Part shown: positions 24,799-37,467 of the stretch, piece by piece | Position numbering within the stretch: the first letter of the stretch is position 1 | Layout: every line of letters begins with the position of its first letter | Source: Catajapyx aquilonaris | Taxonomy: Eukaryota | DNA: 45,868 nucleotides | NCBI GenBank assembly: GCA_000934665.2 | Contig: JYFJ02000808.1 | Coordinates: 62,001 to 107,868, forward strand | Direction of reading: 5' to 3' | Made by a program: the position numbers and the translations under genes | The notes under the pieces: model-generated | Database searches by the model: none | Told to the model about the DNA's origin: nothing | The model's input: the letters and a program-made list of their open reading frames with translations, nothing else

Positions 24799-27700
24799 TC
24801 ATTTCCAAGCCTGCTTTAGCGCTTTTCTTGCAGCCAGTCGCTTCGTGATGTAAGAAGCCACCATCAAGCTGAGTAGCACAGCAGTGATGAGAAAGTGATC
24901 AAAATCATCTTTGAGGACATCAAAGTTCTTTGAAGGAGTCACTCGAGTGTAGAACAAATCTGAAGCGAACAACAGATGACGTATTATGATATTGAACGTG
25001 GCCCATTTAAAGCCACGTTTACATGTGAGCGGTTGTTGCTTTCAGCATTCAGCGATGCTTATTGCTGCACATCACTGATAAAATCACTCACATATAAACG
25101 CAGCCTAATATTACTCACCAAGCCCGTAAGCTAACACCAGGCAAGTTGACTCGAGCCCACTGGCAGTGGTGTAGATGTCATGCACCCTCTGCAGGCTCTG
25201 ATTGTAGTTGACTATTGCTTCCGCATGCACGGGAAGCTCTGGTATGTACGGTATCACCCCCTCATCCCTCATATCTGGAGACATGGACATGGACGGCCTG
25301 CGTGGATCCAGGAAGAACCTGGGCAGCTCCAGCAACCCTCCAGATGGCAAAGCCACCAACACATGCTTGCTTGTGATGCCCTTCTCGGTGAGGGTCTCCC
25401 GCATGGCTTCCACCCCTGACGGGAATACGAAGGCCTGCTTCTCCACTATGGGCTGGGTGACAGCAGACAGGGATGAGAAGGCAGTGCTGTTTGACTGAGA
25501 CTGCCCCTCGTACAGCTCCAGGGAGGAAATCTCAACACGTCGGGAACGCTCATTGAAGAAGGAGTACACCACCCAGTTCTCGGAGTGAACTACATGAACA
25601 GGGCCCTTGGCGCGGCGGTGGATTATGGACGACACTATGCTGCCTGACACAACATCCAGGAGATACAGGTTGAGAAAGTCTACAAGAAAAAAACAGATTA
25701 CGATAAAACATCAGTAAGCAAGACAAGAAAATCAATGTGCTCACTCTTCTGTATGGGATCAGATCCTTCGGCCACCACTACCACCAGATTGGGGTTAAGG
25801 TATTTGTAGAGCACGCTTCTGTCTCCCAGTACTCTTCCCTGCGAATGGACCTTCTCTGCTGCATTCTTTTCGACCACATGTGTTACTTTTTGGTACCCGG
25901 TGTGCAGAGACATGCTCCACACACGTGTCAGTTGCAGTTCTTCTTCCTCTCCTCTGGACAGAGAGTAGCCCACAAACTCGCCCGTAGTAGGATGTGCAGC
26001 AAACAGGTAAATTTCAGACACTTGCTGGAGGGCCACTTTGTGCGCTGACTCAGGATAGATGTGCACCTTTTCAGCATCATCAAGCAGGATGATTCCCTTC
26101 AAGGCTTCCTCGGTAGCATGATGCATCAGTGTCGCCTGGATCACCTTGTACGGGAAATGGATCAGGCCTTGGTCGCCATCCATTGCTTGGCCTGATATTG
26201 GGTTAAATACGTATAACACTCCATATGCTGTGCCCTGTAAGAAAAGTGCACTTCGTAAAGAATTCCAGCCGATGAGACACATGCCGCTATATGCACAACT
26301 TGCCTTTTCCCTAGCCAGAACTGCACATTGTGCTGGGAATGGGTAATGTCTGGAGCTTCTCTGTATAAAGAGTGGCATCCTTCCTTTTGGATTAGACCCT
26401 GCAACTGGTGAGGGGAATGGCTCCACAGGTCCCAACCAATGCTGCCAGAGTATCCGCCCGTCGAGTGTGTCCAGTCCAAAAAGCTTCCCAGACGATGCAG
26501 CAACCACTACTATCTTATGTAGACCAAACTCATCCCTGACCAGGCCCAGGCGCTGGTTCTGGGAGGGAGGATCCCGAAGACCCATGGTAGCCAGAAAGGC
26601 AGAACGCAGCTGGAGACCTTGGCTGAAGATACGCTTCCAAATCATGCCCACAAAACCAGCTGGGGACAGGTGGCATCACGCAAATTAGGTAAAACACCAG
26701 ATTGCATATCAAATTGAGATGCAAGTACTGTGGGCACGGAAATGGTCCAGACACTTGGGGGTAGGCTGAGCATGGACAAGTGTCCTGACCATTTCAGTGC
26801 CGATAGTACATTTTGGAGCAGGCAATTGTGTATCGGACTGCAGGCAAATCGCTACGGGGGCAGCAAAATGCACGCAAAATGCACAGTGGCATATGAAATC
26901 ATGGAAACATTTTGCCATCTTCAATCACAAATCCAATGCATTGAAATAAAAGTTTCCAAGCTGTTGGAACAGACCAAACATGATGAATCCTCGCAACTTA
27001 ATGTTCAATCTTGATTGTGGGACATGGAAATGTGCCTCAAAAAATTTTCACTCTTTGTGACAGTGACTATGTCCAGTAAGCATGCACAATTCCAGCATTC
27101 AGTGGAATGATGTGAATCCACTGTAAACAAACCATTCTTTGGCACAAGACACTCAAATTTGATATAACTCACCCTCACTCCCTTCCTTCACTGCAGCGCA
27201 GAAAAGGATGAGAAATAACCGAATTAATCCCAAACACCCAGACCCAAAGAACCTGTGTGGTACTTACTCTCTTTTGAATCAAACTCCGCTTCAATGGCAA
27301 CGTCGCCTTCAGAGATGGGCAAATCCAGCATCTCCACGGAGAGGATGGATGCCAGGGCTTCCTCCCTGGTCCACAGGAGTTTTCCAGGGAATTGGATGGC
27401 CAGCAGGGCATGGTCTTCCGTGTGCAGCATCAGCCTGCATCCCAATCCCCTCTCCCTCTTCAAGGAACACAGAGCTGTACCGCCTTCAACATGTCCATAG
27501 CTGGGCGGAAGCACCAGCTTGCCTGTCAACTCTGGGATGCTCGACTTGGTCTGTTGCAAATTAAATCATTAGTTGTGCGTCTGAAGGTCACATGTTACCA
27601 ATTAGATCATACCTGAAGATCCATGACACGAATGCTGTAGCCACCATTAGTTCCCTCGACTTCAACTACAAGCTCATTACGATCGTCAGTCAACGACACC

Positions 27701-29713
27701 AACGCCACATCCCGTGCGACCTTGTAGCTGAGTTCCACTCCATCACTTGACACTTGCATGATGTGAGTGTATCCGTCACCTTGAAGAGTCACCAATGATG
27801 CGGGACCTTCAATCGCAGCTATCTCAAAGTCCTTCACTTCCTTCAATGAGTCAGGCAATGGGTATGTCTCGGTAGCAGTTGAGTTGGGCATGGCCATGGC
27901 TGGATCAAGAATGACCATGGAGGAAGCAGCTTGGTCGATGCAGACGAGATAGCGAGTTGAGATGGTGCACTGGTTGGTTCCAGGCACCAACCACGGGCAA
28001 GGGACTGAATGGCGGCGAATAAGGGCACCAGTCTTGGGTGACATGGCCGACACTATCATTGAATCAGTCTGAACTTCAATGTAATATACGGCATCCTCTA
28101 AGGCCATCCAGTATTGCCCAGACCTGAAATCAAAAGTATATAATTATTATATGTCCATGTAAATTCAGGACTGATGCAGTTTGGCAATTAAGTAATTGCT
28201 TCCACTTGAGAGGTAGGTATGAGACCTACAATCCTGACACTTACACTTGACGCGGTGCTTGATAAATCCATTCCCATAGCAGGAAACCTTGGCTGACATC
28301 CCATCCTCTAACGTACGTGTGAGATCCACTGCCGCTCACAGTCACAATCTTCTCATCAATTGCCATGTGCTGTATCGTCCCATCGGCACCTTTTTCCAGT
28401 ACTTGTCGCCATACCAGTTGGCCTTTAAATGTAAAGTGATAAGCTAATTATGCAGGTTGTGACAGGCCGTTTCCTCAAGTGTGTGTGCAGATTGGAGGCT
28501 AATGCATAGTAAGGCATGTTTAGTAACAGTTTCGAATCTCTTGGTGCAAATGCACCTGATATGCTATTGAATTCCTGCATCCAAGAACATCATAAATATT
28601 CACCAGTAGTGCGCCGGTACAGCTGATTTAACACCACTCCATTCAGCTTACAGTCTACCAGACTTCATTTACGGCATATTCTACTGTATAAACTGCAATT
28701 TGGTTGCTTCTGTATTAATGATAATTTCGGCTATTTATAATTATACTTTGGGAGATGTCAGCAAAAACAAACTGGCCTCTTATTATTGACGTGGATTGAG
28801 TGAAATTGCAGTCCTGCATCTCGTATTTATCTAAAAGCAACTGCAACAGTTTGCATCGCTGTTGAGAAATAATTTTCTCACTACAGACGGAGTCGATTCA
28901 TTTCCATGAGCGCATATGTTCTTCAGCATTTTAGATACTTTTCTTCTAACCCAGAAAATGTGCATAACTCAACCCTCAGACTAAGGGCCGGTTTCACCGA
29001 ACCCGGTTCTGATAAAACCCCGATTATGACGGAAAATCCCTGCAAATAGAACAGGAGGTTTCCGAAGGAACCGGGGTTTAATCAAAACCGGGCTTGGTGA
29101 AACCGGCCCTAGAGTAATCCTACACCTAGTAAGGCAACATTTACATGTGAGCGATTTGCTCGGGTGATGAATAACAAGCGCAAAAGTAACAATCGTGTTT
29201 CATTCCCAAACAACTGGTATCATTGCTGCTCAAATCGCTCACGTGTAAACTGCGGCACATTTTATTTGCATTGCAACATCCATAAAAATTCCTGCCGTAG
29301 AATCTGAGCTGACAAGTTACAATTTCCCAACATTCCACTTCCAATTAACTGCGACCATGTGCCGCGTATGGTTCAGTCCCGTTTCCCATCCGCGAAAAGG
29401 CATGGCTGGATGCCCGCATCACCTGTCTTGGGATTGACTGCGGCCAGCACATTGTCGTCCGTGGACACTATGATCTTCCTGGAGTTGGCCTGCTTGTCGA
29501 ACGCAATGAACCTGATCTTCCCAACATACTGCTGGCGCCTATGGATAAAGGACGGTCCAAATCAATTCCTTTTTATTAAACCTTTCCACCCCCATCCAGC
29601 CCAACTCACCAGTCAAACTTCCCAATCTGGTCCTCGTACAGCCCCTGCGCAGGGCCCAGAAGGGAACTACAGACCAAGGCCAGCAACGAAAGCAGGAACG
29701 CGTAAGACGCCAT
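24799..29713 (-). CDS. EMC1: ER membrane protein complex subunit 1, 9 exons
   Basis: Exons 29713-29610, 29538-29423, 28422-28245, 28123-27613, 27550-27268, 26659-26304, 26234-25745, 25679-25119, 24959-24799. Signal peptide then [88 protein letters not shown]; C-terminal TM helix. Confidence 0.96.
25011..25105. mobile_element. PIF/Harbinger-like MITE, family A copy 1 (EMC1 intron)
   Basis: TAA|AGCCACGTTTACATGTGAG ... CTCACATATAAACGCAGCC|TAA. Confidence 0.7.
26725..26809. repeat. Imperfect palindrome in EMC1 intron 5
   Basis: GTACTGTGGGCACGGAAATGGTCCAGACACTTG pairs with CAAGTGTCCTGACCATTTCAGTGCCGATAGTAC. Confidence 0.7.
28985..29109. mobile_element. PIF/Harbinger-like palindromic MITE, family B (EMC1 intron)
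   Basis: GGGCCGGTTTCACC ... GGTGAAACCGGCCC with further internal symmetry; flanks TAA/TAG. Confidence 0.72.
29133..29256. mobile_element. PIF/Harbinger-like MITE, family A copy 2 (EMC1 intron)
   Basis: GGCAACATTTACATGTGAGCGATTTG ... CAAATCGCTCACGTGTAAAC; shares CCCAAACAACTGGT with the copy at 35352. Confidence 0.7.
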
Positions 29714-30031
29714 GTTGCCTCACACGCGCCGAGTGCAGACCGATTCTCACTGGTTCCCCCCTCCTCAACCACAAATCATTTTTAATCGACTTTAATTTAA
29801 CCCATTTAAAATTAGAACCGATTGCGACTTTAAATTTTAAACTGGCTACATTATTTCGAAAGGCCTGTTCGTGGCGTCAGCATGTTTCGTAGTGACGCGG
29901 GTAGGAACGCACCCTTTCTCAGTCTGTCGTCATCCGTTGCTTGCTTTTCATCACTTTTTCTCCAGGACTTTTCTGGACAACGTGCGGTCACTTTTGTGGA
30001 GGGCAGACGAGTCCGGTGAGGAGCTGCAGAC
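29714..30031. promoter_or_regulatory. Head-to-head promoter region of EMC1 and FARSB
   Basis: Divergent start codons only 318 bp apart; CpG-rich. Confidence 0.75.
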
Positions 30032-33000
30032 ATGCCCACCATATCCGTCAGCAAGGAGGAGCTGTTCAAGCTGATTGGGAAGGAATACAGTGAGTTGGAG
30101 GGATCCAGACTTATTGGATCAACCATGGTGGTGATCATAACAAAGTGTTTAGATCCAAGGGAATTTGGCTGTAATGCAACCTGCAATTACCACTAAGATT
30201 GACAAGGAAACAGCCACAGCAATTGGCACATTTAATTTAATAATTGGTCGTATGGGTCGTATGGTGATGATTTGACTGTCATGCGCTTTCTATTGTAGGT
30301 GAGGAGGAGTTTGGTGATCTGTGCTTCGATTTTGGACTTGAAGTGGACGATGAGGTGAGTTTCAGGATGGATGGGATTGTCATGGACCCCCGTAGGACAA
30401 ACGAAATGGGCCTGAGTATGTCCAAGATGGAGGAGATGTTTGATAACAGAAGGAGCTGACAGTATGTTTCATATAAACATCTCAGGAGGCTTGACAGCAA
30501 GTGATTCTGGCAAGGGGTAAATCACTTGTCAAGTCCGTTGTATGGTATGGCGCCATGTCCTGGCTCACGTCTGGCTTTTTTACAAGTCCATTGTACACTC
30601 AACTGCCGTGTGATTTCATGGGGTCCATGGCAATTTTTGTGACGTTGACCGGGTTGACTTCATAATTACTAATTAGTGTACAAGTTTGCATACCAGTTAC
30701 TGCGAGAAGTAGCTCATAATAGTAATTCAAAAGGTGGTTCTGTGTCAATTTTCATGTAGGCCTACGATAAGGACATGAAAAGTGTGTGCTGAATTGTGTC
30801 ATGTGTTTTAGGTTCCAGAAAATGAATCGGAAGAAGGCAATATTCGGGTTGAAATCCCAGCCAATCGTTATGATCTGCTGTGCCTTGAAGGATTGTCCCA
30901 GGGCTTAAATGTTTACTTAGGAAGGTAAGAATTTAAGTCCTTTACATATGTAGTTTCATGCTGAGGTACATTTGGTCATTATTAATATTAATTTGTTGAT
31001 TCGTCCAGAATGAAAATGCCCAGATACAGCCTGGTTGAGCCATCCAAAGGATCACTGCAGAGGATGGTAGTGACAAGGACAGTAAGTGTTTTGTTGAAAA
31101 TTTGCACTTTCGCAAAACATTATTCTTATTAAAATGCTTTTCAGACTCAAGAGATTCGCCCCCATGTGGTCTGCGCTGTGTTGCGAGACATTCATTTTGA
31201 TGAGCTGAGTTACGCTAGCTTCATTGATCTGCAAGATAAACTGCACCACAACTTATGTCGCAAGAGGACTCTTGTCTCTATGGGAACTCATGATTTGGAC
31301 ACAATAAAGGGCCCATTTTTGTACGATGCTCGACCTCCGAGTGAGATACGTTTCAGACCATTGAGACAGGCAAAGGAATACACTGCTGTGGAGCTCATGG
31401 AACTCTACACTGTAAGCTTTGGAAGAGTTTTAATTAGAGGGCTGTAATACAACGAGTGAAATGTTTTTGCAGACTGATGCCCAGCTGAAGCACTTCTTAC
31501 ATATCATCCGGGAGAGTCCTGTGTATCCCATCATCTATGACAGCAATGGCACTGTTTTGTCCATGCCACCAATAATCAACAGCCATCACTCCAGGATTAC
31601 ACTAGATACCAAGAATGTTTTCATTGAGATCACTGCTACGGATTTGACGAAGGTTGGTATTCAATATGGATACCCAAGACGCTTGTTATTCAACAAAATG
31701 TAGTCTTCATGCATGTTAATTACTAATAATATTGGGCTGATGAAATGCTTGATGCTGTGTAGCGTCTAAGGTGACGGACTACTATCGTAACAATAAATTG
31801 TACTCTTTGACAGGCAAATATTGTTCTGGACACTTTAGTGTGTCTGTTCAGCAAGTACTGCAAGAAACCCTTCTCTGTGGAAATGTGCGAGGTTGAGAAC
31901 TACGATGGCAAAGTTATGAAGTACCCACTCCTGCCATACAGGACAGAAGTGGTCGAAGTTGATAAGGTCAACCGTTGTGTGGGGATAAGGTTTGTATAGC
32001 TTCATTTCTTGTGCAAAAGATTTCATGTGATCCCGTATTGAAATATTTTTTTTTGCAACTTCAGCTCAAGTGCTGTGGATCTGTCCTCTCTACTGACCCG
32101 AATGTCCCTGGAGACTCGGCCAGATTCCACAGGCTCCAACCTGGAGGTGCTGATCCCACCCACCCGCCATGATGTGATCCATGCGTGTGACATATATGAA
32201 GATGTGGCAATTGCCTATGGTTACAATAACGTACGAAAGCAGTTGCCCAAGACAACCACCATTGCAAGGCAGTTCCCCATAAACAAGCTGTCAGACCAGC
32301 TCAGAGAGGGGCTGGCACAAGCAGGATTCACAGAAGCACTTACTTTCACCTTGGTTAGTCTTTGTAATTAGAAGCATTACAGTAATATCCATTATCTGCG
32401 CCTAATATGAACTTGTACAGAGATGCAGGTAAAAACTCAGCTGCAATATTACCAATTTCAGTGCTCTCGAGATGACTTGTCTGCAAAGCTGCGTCAGAAT
32501 CTTTCGGACGTCCCAGCAGTTCACATTGGGAACCCAAAGACCTTGGAGTTTCAGGTGGCCAGGACTACTCTTATTCCAGGATTACTAAAGACCGTGGCTG
32601 CCAACAAAAAGATGCCTCTTCCACTTAGGCTGTTTGAAGTCTCAGATGTAATCCTTAAAGATCCAGCTGCAGGTCAGTTATCCACTCAGAGCACAGCCCA
32701 CATTACTGGTTTTTGTATGCCATGTTTCATTACACTCAGGTTCTCACGTATTAGAACTCCAAGTGCATAATAGCAAAGGTGATGTACAGTTTATTTAAAA
32801 GGAGCTATTTATTATATATTTAATCTAAGCTATCTCACAGGAGTGGGAGTTGTTAGGCTATTTACTTGCAAATCCAGAATCTGTATAAATCACTAGACTT
32901 AATAATATTTTGATGCTTGAAACAACATTGATTGTCATCACGCATTCCATCATGTACTAACACATTGGACTATTAGAGCCATGTCTGAAAACTAGGTTAT

Positions 33001-33409
33001 TGTCTACAGAGGTTGGTGCTCGAAATGAACGTCACATGTGTGCAGTGAACTACAACAAAAATTCAGGCTTTGAGATCATTCATGGATTGTTGGACCGAGT
33101 AATGCAGCTCCTAGAAATCAAACCAGGAGAGGAAAGTGGTGGATATTATCTGAAAGCTTGTGATGGTACGTATGGCTTGATGGTGTCATGAGGAATTAAA
33201 GTATATCGGTATGTGTTAAGGGTGGATGTCACTGAACAACATTGCTTATCATTTCAGACCCAACGTTCTTCCCTGGCCGTTGCGCAGAAATATACTCAAG
33301 TGGTGTCATTGTCGGCAAACTCGGCGTGCTCCACCCAGAAGTCATGCTGAAGTTCGACTTGAGCCTACCATGCGCAGCCTTGGAGTTAAACATCGAGCCA
33401 TTTTTATAA
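30032..33409 (+). CDS. FARSB: Phenylalanine--tRNA ligase beta subunit (cytoplasmic), 11 exons
   Basis: Exons 30032-30089, 30299-30354, 30812-30924, 31009-31081, 31145-31411, 31473-31652, 31814-31989, 32065-32353, 32462-32672, 33010-33165, 33258-33409. [79 protein letters not shown], ends [15 protein letters not shown] at 33444. Confidence 0.97.
30376..30634. mobile_element. Putative MITE in FARSB intron 2
   Basis: ATTGTCATGGACCCC ... GGGGTCCATGGCAAT inverted termini plus internal hairpin CAAGTGATT/AATCACTTG. Confidence 0.5.
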
Positions 33410-33544
33410 GAACCCACCGCCAATGTGCAATGCACAGCAAAGAAATAAATGAACAAACGAGGTACCAATGTGTTTGAATTTATCCTCCAGAGAGGATAAG
33501 CTATACTATCAGCATGTGTACCAGCATCTCCCATCACTATAAAC

Positions 33545-35144
33545 ATGGCCTCTTGCATGAGTAGATTTGTTTTCAAGGAAGTGTTGGGAAGCCCATTTCT
33601 GCACAGGAGATACTGCGTCAGTTACGTGGACCAAGCCAAGAAGATTCAGAGACTCAAGGCAAACGATGGGGAGTTGCACTCTTGTATTGAGACTGGACGG
33701 TTTGTTGTCATAAGTGCGAAGGACAGAGTACCCATCGACATGCAGGATGTAAGCAAGTGTGCGTTGATTACTTCCTCATTCAAGGGTGAGTGTATTTTTG
33801 CTTACATTGTAAACCACAAAGCGTTAAAAGAGCATCACTAGTGAGTCTCCCATGGAGTGTAATGCATCCCAAGAGCGTTACTAGCTGGCGAAGCCTAAGT
33901 AACGTTCGTTGGCCTGCACTGCAACAAGCGTTATTGTGGCTTTGCCAACAAAAAATAATGACAAGAGCATTAAAAATTAATGCTCCATGTAGTTATTGAG
34001 ATTTTGCTTAACGGCATCAGTGCTCAAATGTAGGTGTAGGAAATTGGAGTAAAATTACCAGAGCTAGAGCCGAATGAAATATGGCCGATAAGTGTGTTGT
34101 GCGTATGATTAATCTCACAGAGGTGGAAGCAGTATGTCCTGATGTTGTGGATCGTTTGGTTCTGCTGAATGTGGCGAATAATGGAACCGCTTGCTTTGCT
34201 TGCAAGTTGCCGGAAGGAACAACTGTTACAGATGAAATTGCGTCTAATTTCCAGAGCATTCAGGTAGCCAAGACATTCCTGCCAAAAGATGACTCAAATG
34301 CTGTGGCTCAGGTATAATAACACTGTAGAGTGTCTGATTGCACTGCATTTTGACATGTGTACTTCTCTTTTCAGGGTATTTCTTTAGTAAATTGGCACCA
34401 ATCCTGCCAATTCTGCCCTTCCTGCGGTGAAAAGACGGTCAAGAACTTGTCTGGGAGCCAAAGGTCGTGTCCTTCTTGCAAGAAGAATCACTACCCATCT
34501 GCCCCACCTGTATCCATCGTGTTGGTAACAGACAACAGCAACAGCAAGACCTTGTTGGTCCGGCAGTCTCGCTTTCCTCCTGGGATGTACAGCTGCATTT
34601 CGGGCTTTATTGAAATGGGTCAGTCTCATTGTAACACTGTAACAGTTTAACTTACATGAAATAGCATTGGCCTCCTGGAATTGGTAAGCTACACAAAAAT
34701 AACCATTTCAGGCAATGTTAGTGATAGCTAAAAACGACCAACGAACTAGGAGCGCCCTGTATGATCGTTGCCATAATATTATTATTGACAGGCGAAACTG
34801 TGGAGGCCAGCGTAAGACGTGAAGTAGCCGAGGAAGTAGGGCTGGATGTCGAAGAAGTTGCGTACGTGTCCTCCCAGCATTGGTCTCTCCCAGCTACCAC
34901 CTTGATGTTGGGTTGCCGAGCCACAGTCGCTGTCGGCAGCAATGAGCAGCAGTTGAACATGGATCAGGAGGAATTAGAAGACGCAAGGTGGTTCACGAAG
35001 GAGGAAGCACAAAAGAGTGTGGAACTTGTGTCCCAAAATCCAATGGCAGGGATACAGACGTTTAAATCAAAAGGAATTCCATGGGTACCTCCTCCAATGG
35101 CCATAGCTCATTGGCTGATTAGGGAATGGGTTAACAAAAACTAA
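33545..35144 (+). CDS. NUDT13: NAD(P)H pyrophosphatase, NudC/NUDT13-type Nudix hydrolase, 4 coding exons
   Basis: Exons 33545-33785, 34121-34311, 34375-34618, 34792-35144. Zinc ribbon FCPSCG...CPSC, Nudix box GFIEMGETVEASVRREVAEEVGL, SQHW motif, PPPMAIAHWLI; no ankyrin repeats (argues against NUDT12); N-terminus resembles a mitochondrial presequence. Confidence 0.85.
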
Positions 35145-35351
35145 CAGAGAAAGTGATTGTATGCAATGCAATTTTTTTAATACTGGTGTAAGATATGTTA
35201 CAGTATTTTTAATGGTCACATAAATAAAGCTAACATGAGAACTTTTCTCCAAAGAATATGATTGTGGTACAACACATAAATTGACTTACGTCTGAGAAAA
35301 TACTCTCTGTGATCTAGAAGCACCGTAATAACTGGTATATTGAGATACATA

Positions 35352-35490
35352 GGCCATGTTTACATGTGAGCAATGAAACCAATAATATTGTTTGGGGAAA
35401 AGGTGACAATCATGTTTCGCTCCCAAACAACTGGTTTCATTGCACAGCTCTGCACATCGCTGAGCAAATTGCTTACATGTAAACGAGGCC
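35352..35490. mobile_element. PIF/Harbinger-like MITE, family A copy 3 (intergenic)
   Basis: GGCCATGTTTACATGTGAGCAAT ... ATTGCTTACATGTAAACGAGGCC|TTA. Confidence 0.7.
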
Positions 35491-35740
35491 TTAAACACTG
35501 ATCTCAAGGTACGGTAAATTATGTCCTTTTCTGCTGCACCCTTTCAGCCATCACAAATTAATTTAATGGATGGTGGAAGTGAGGAGAAATTGCGCTTACA
35601 TCTCTTAATTCTGATGTACTACATTGTGGTATTAGGAAGTTCTTGGGAACACAGTCTATTCAAAATTAAGAATTTATTTTTATTTTAAATATTGAAGAAT
35701 AGTACATCTAAAGGTCCTGACACCATAGTGACCTACAGTC

Positions 35741-36350
35741 TCATTCGTACAGGCCATGCTTGTGATGCCTGAAGTGGTAACCGTGATGGCTGTGTCGGTC
35801 GAACAGCTCCTGAGCATGGTTGAAACCATGATGGCCATGCTTGTATGCCAACAGTGGATTGTAGCTGTAGTACTTGTACCCATAAGTTGGTTTCAGGTAT
35901 GAATGTAGATAGGCAGGTGGCTCAGCATATCCATGGCCGTAAATGATGGGAATGACACCGCCTTCCCCACCAGCAATTAATGTTCCCATGGTCAACATGA
36001 GTGCTAAAATCATCTGAAAAATGTTAATCAGAACTCACAATGGAGGTACGGTATATTCAAAGATTGTATTCTCACGAATGTTTTCTCTCCCTTCAAAATC
36101 TAAGATTGGTCCTTAACCCATGAAAAAGTTAATTGATCAGCAACTTTTTTAACTTACAGTTCATATAGGAAGGCCATCCTTCCTTTCAAGATACATAATG
36201 CTGATTTGTATTTGCTCAGTCACCGAATTGAATTTCTCGTGGAGAATAGAGTTAGTGGTAGTAATATGAATAATTACTAATAGCAAGCTAATAGTAATGA
36301 TATGTGAAAATTGAGTAAAATAGAGATATTCTTACATATGTTGGAGCCAT
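35741..36350 (-). CDS. Small secreted His/Tyr/Gly-rich protein (cuticle-protein-like), 95 aa, 2 exons
   Basis: Exon 1 36350-36336 (MAPTY, donor GTAAG) splices in phase 0 to exon 2 36013-35741 (acceptor TTTTTCAG); hydrophobic signal peptide MILALMLTMGTLIAGGEG, Tyr-rich middle, His-rich tail; minus-strand AATAAA at 35673-35678. Confidence 0.75.
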
Positions 36351-37467
36351 GGTTGTCTCCTGCTGTGTTACCAGTCCAAAATGTGGGTGAGTTATGCATG
36401 GTGTCTGAGGACCTGTTTTCCTTTTTATTGGTTGGCAACGGACGTGTCTTGGAAGATCAAGGGTGAAAACTCGAAGGGGCGGAGAGAAGGTGACAGGAGA
36501 AAGTTAGGTTGTGAGGACAACACAATTCATATTGTGTGCTTTCAGGCGTGACAAGTCATTTGATATGCAAGCAGTAATTACAGTAATTTTATTGGTAAGC
36601 AAAATATTGGCAAGGAACCAACAGAATGGGGATGCCACCGACAAATTTTTCATCTGCCAATCAACATTTGACATCCGTCACTATTATAATTGTTAAGTGA
36701 AACTGCATTGTTGCCAGCAATGAATGGATTTAACATCATCCCATTTGGCAATTGCCCATTTGGCATAACAATGCGGAGAGTGCCACTTTGCATTCAAGCA
36801 TGACCCACAATGCTTTGTACTGAAATATTTGCACCTGAATGCATTCCTGCATAGGTAATGAGCAACAGGTGTAAATCAGGTGTCTTTTACTGGCATTGTC
36901 TTACTATAATTACACATAATCATACCGATACCGCAGGCGGAACAATTATTTAGCAAATCATGTGCTGTTCTGAACCGCAATTGAAGTGCTCACTGCCACA
37001 AGGCCCTACTGCGAATTTTATGGAGATGTTTCATTGGTATTGTCGTACTAATTGCACTTAATCATACCGATGCCAGGTGCAACTATTAATTACTAAATTT
37101 CCGCTATCAATCATTGTGTGGATGGCAGGTGCAACAATTAGAAATAATTATTTGATCTGCAGTTTCTAACTAATCACATGCTGTTCTGAACGTCAATTAT
37201 ATATAAGTGCAGCAAATTTCACAGGAATTTTTCACATACAGTATTTTTGTAATGTACTCTACCGTATTCGTCGTAATTTTCAGTCAGAATTGTCGTCGAT
37301 AGTTGTCGCTACAATCGTCCGATTTCTCCGCTATCTGGTGATCTTATGGGGAACTAAAATGAAATCCAACATGGCTGCGTCCATTGCCTGAAGAGCCACG
37401 CTGCTTTTTCCTCCCTTTGCTTCATTTCTTCAGATTCCTTCATCTGGACCAAACCAGCCTTTGAAAG

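Noticed and set aside
30263..31800. C-box-like TGATGA motifs in FARSB introns as C/D snoRNAs
   Set aside because: No suitably placed D box (CTGA) or terminal stem seen.
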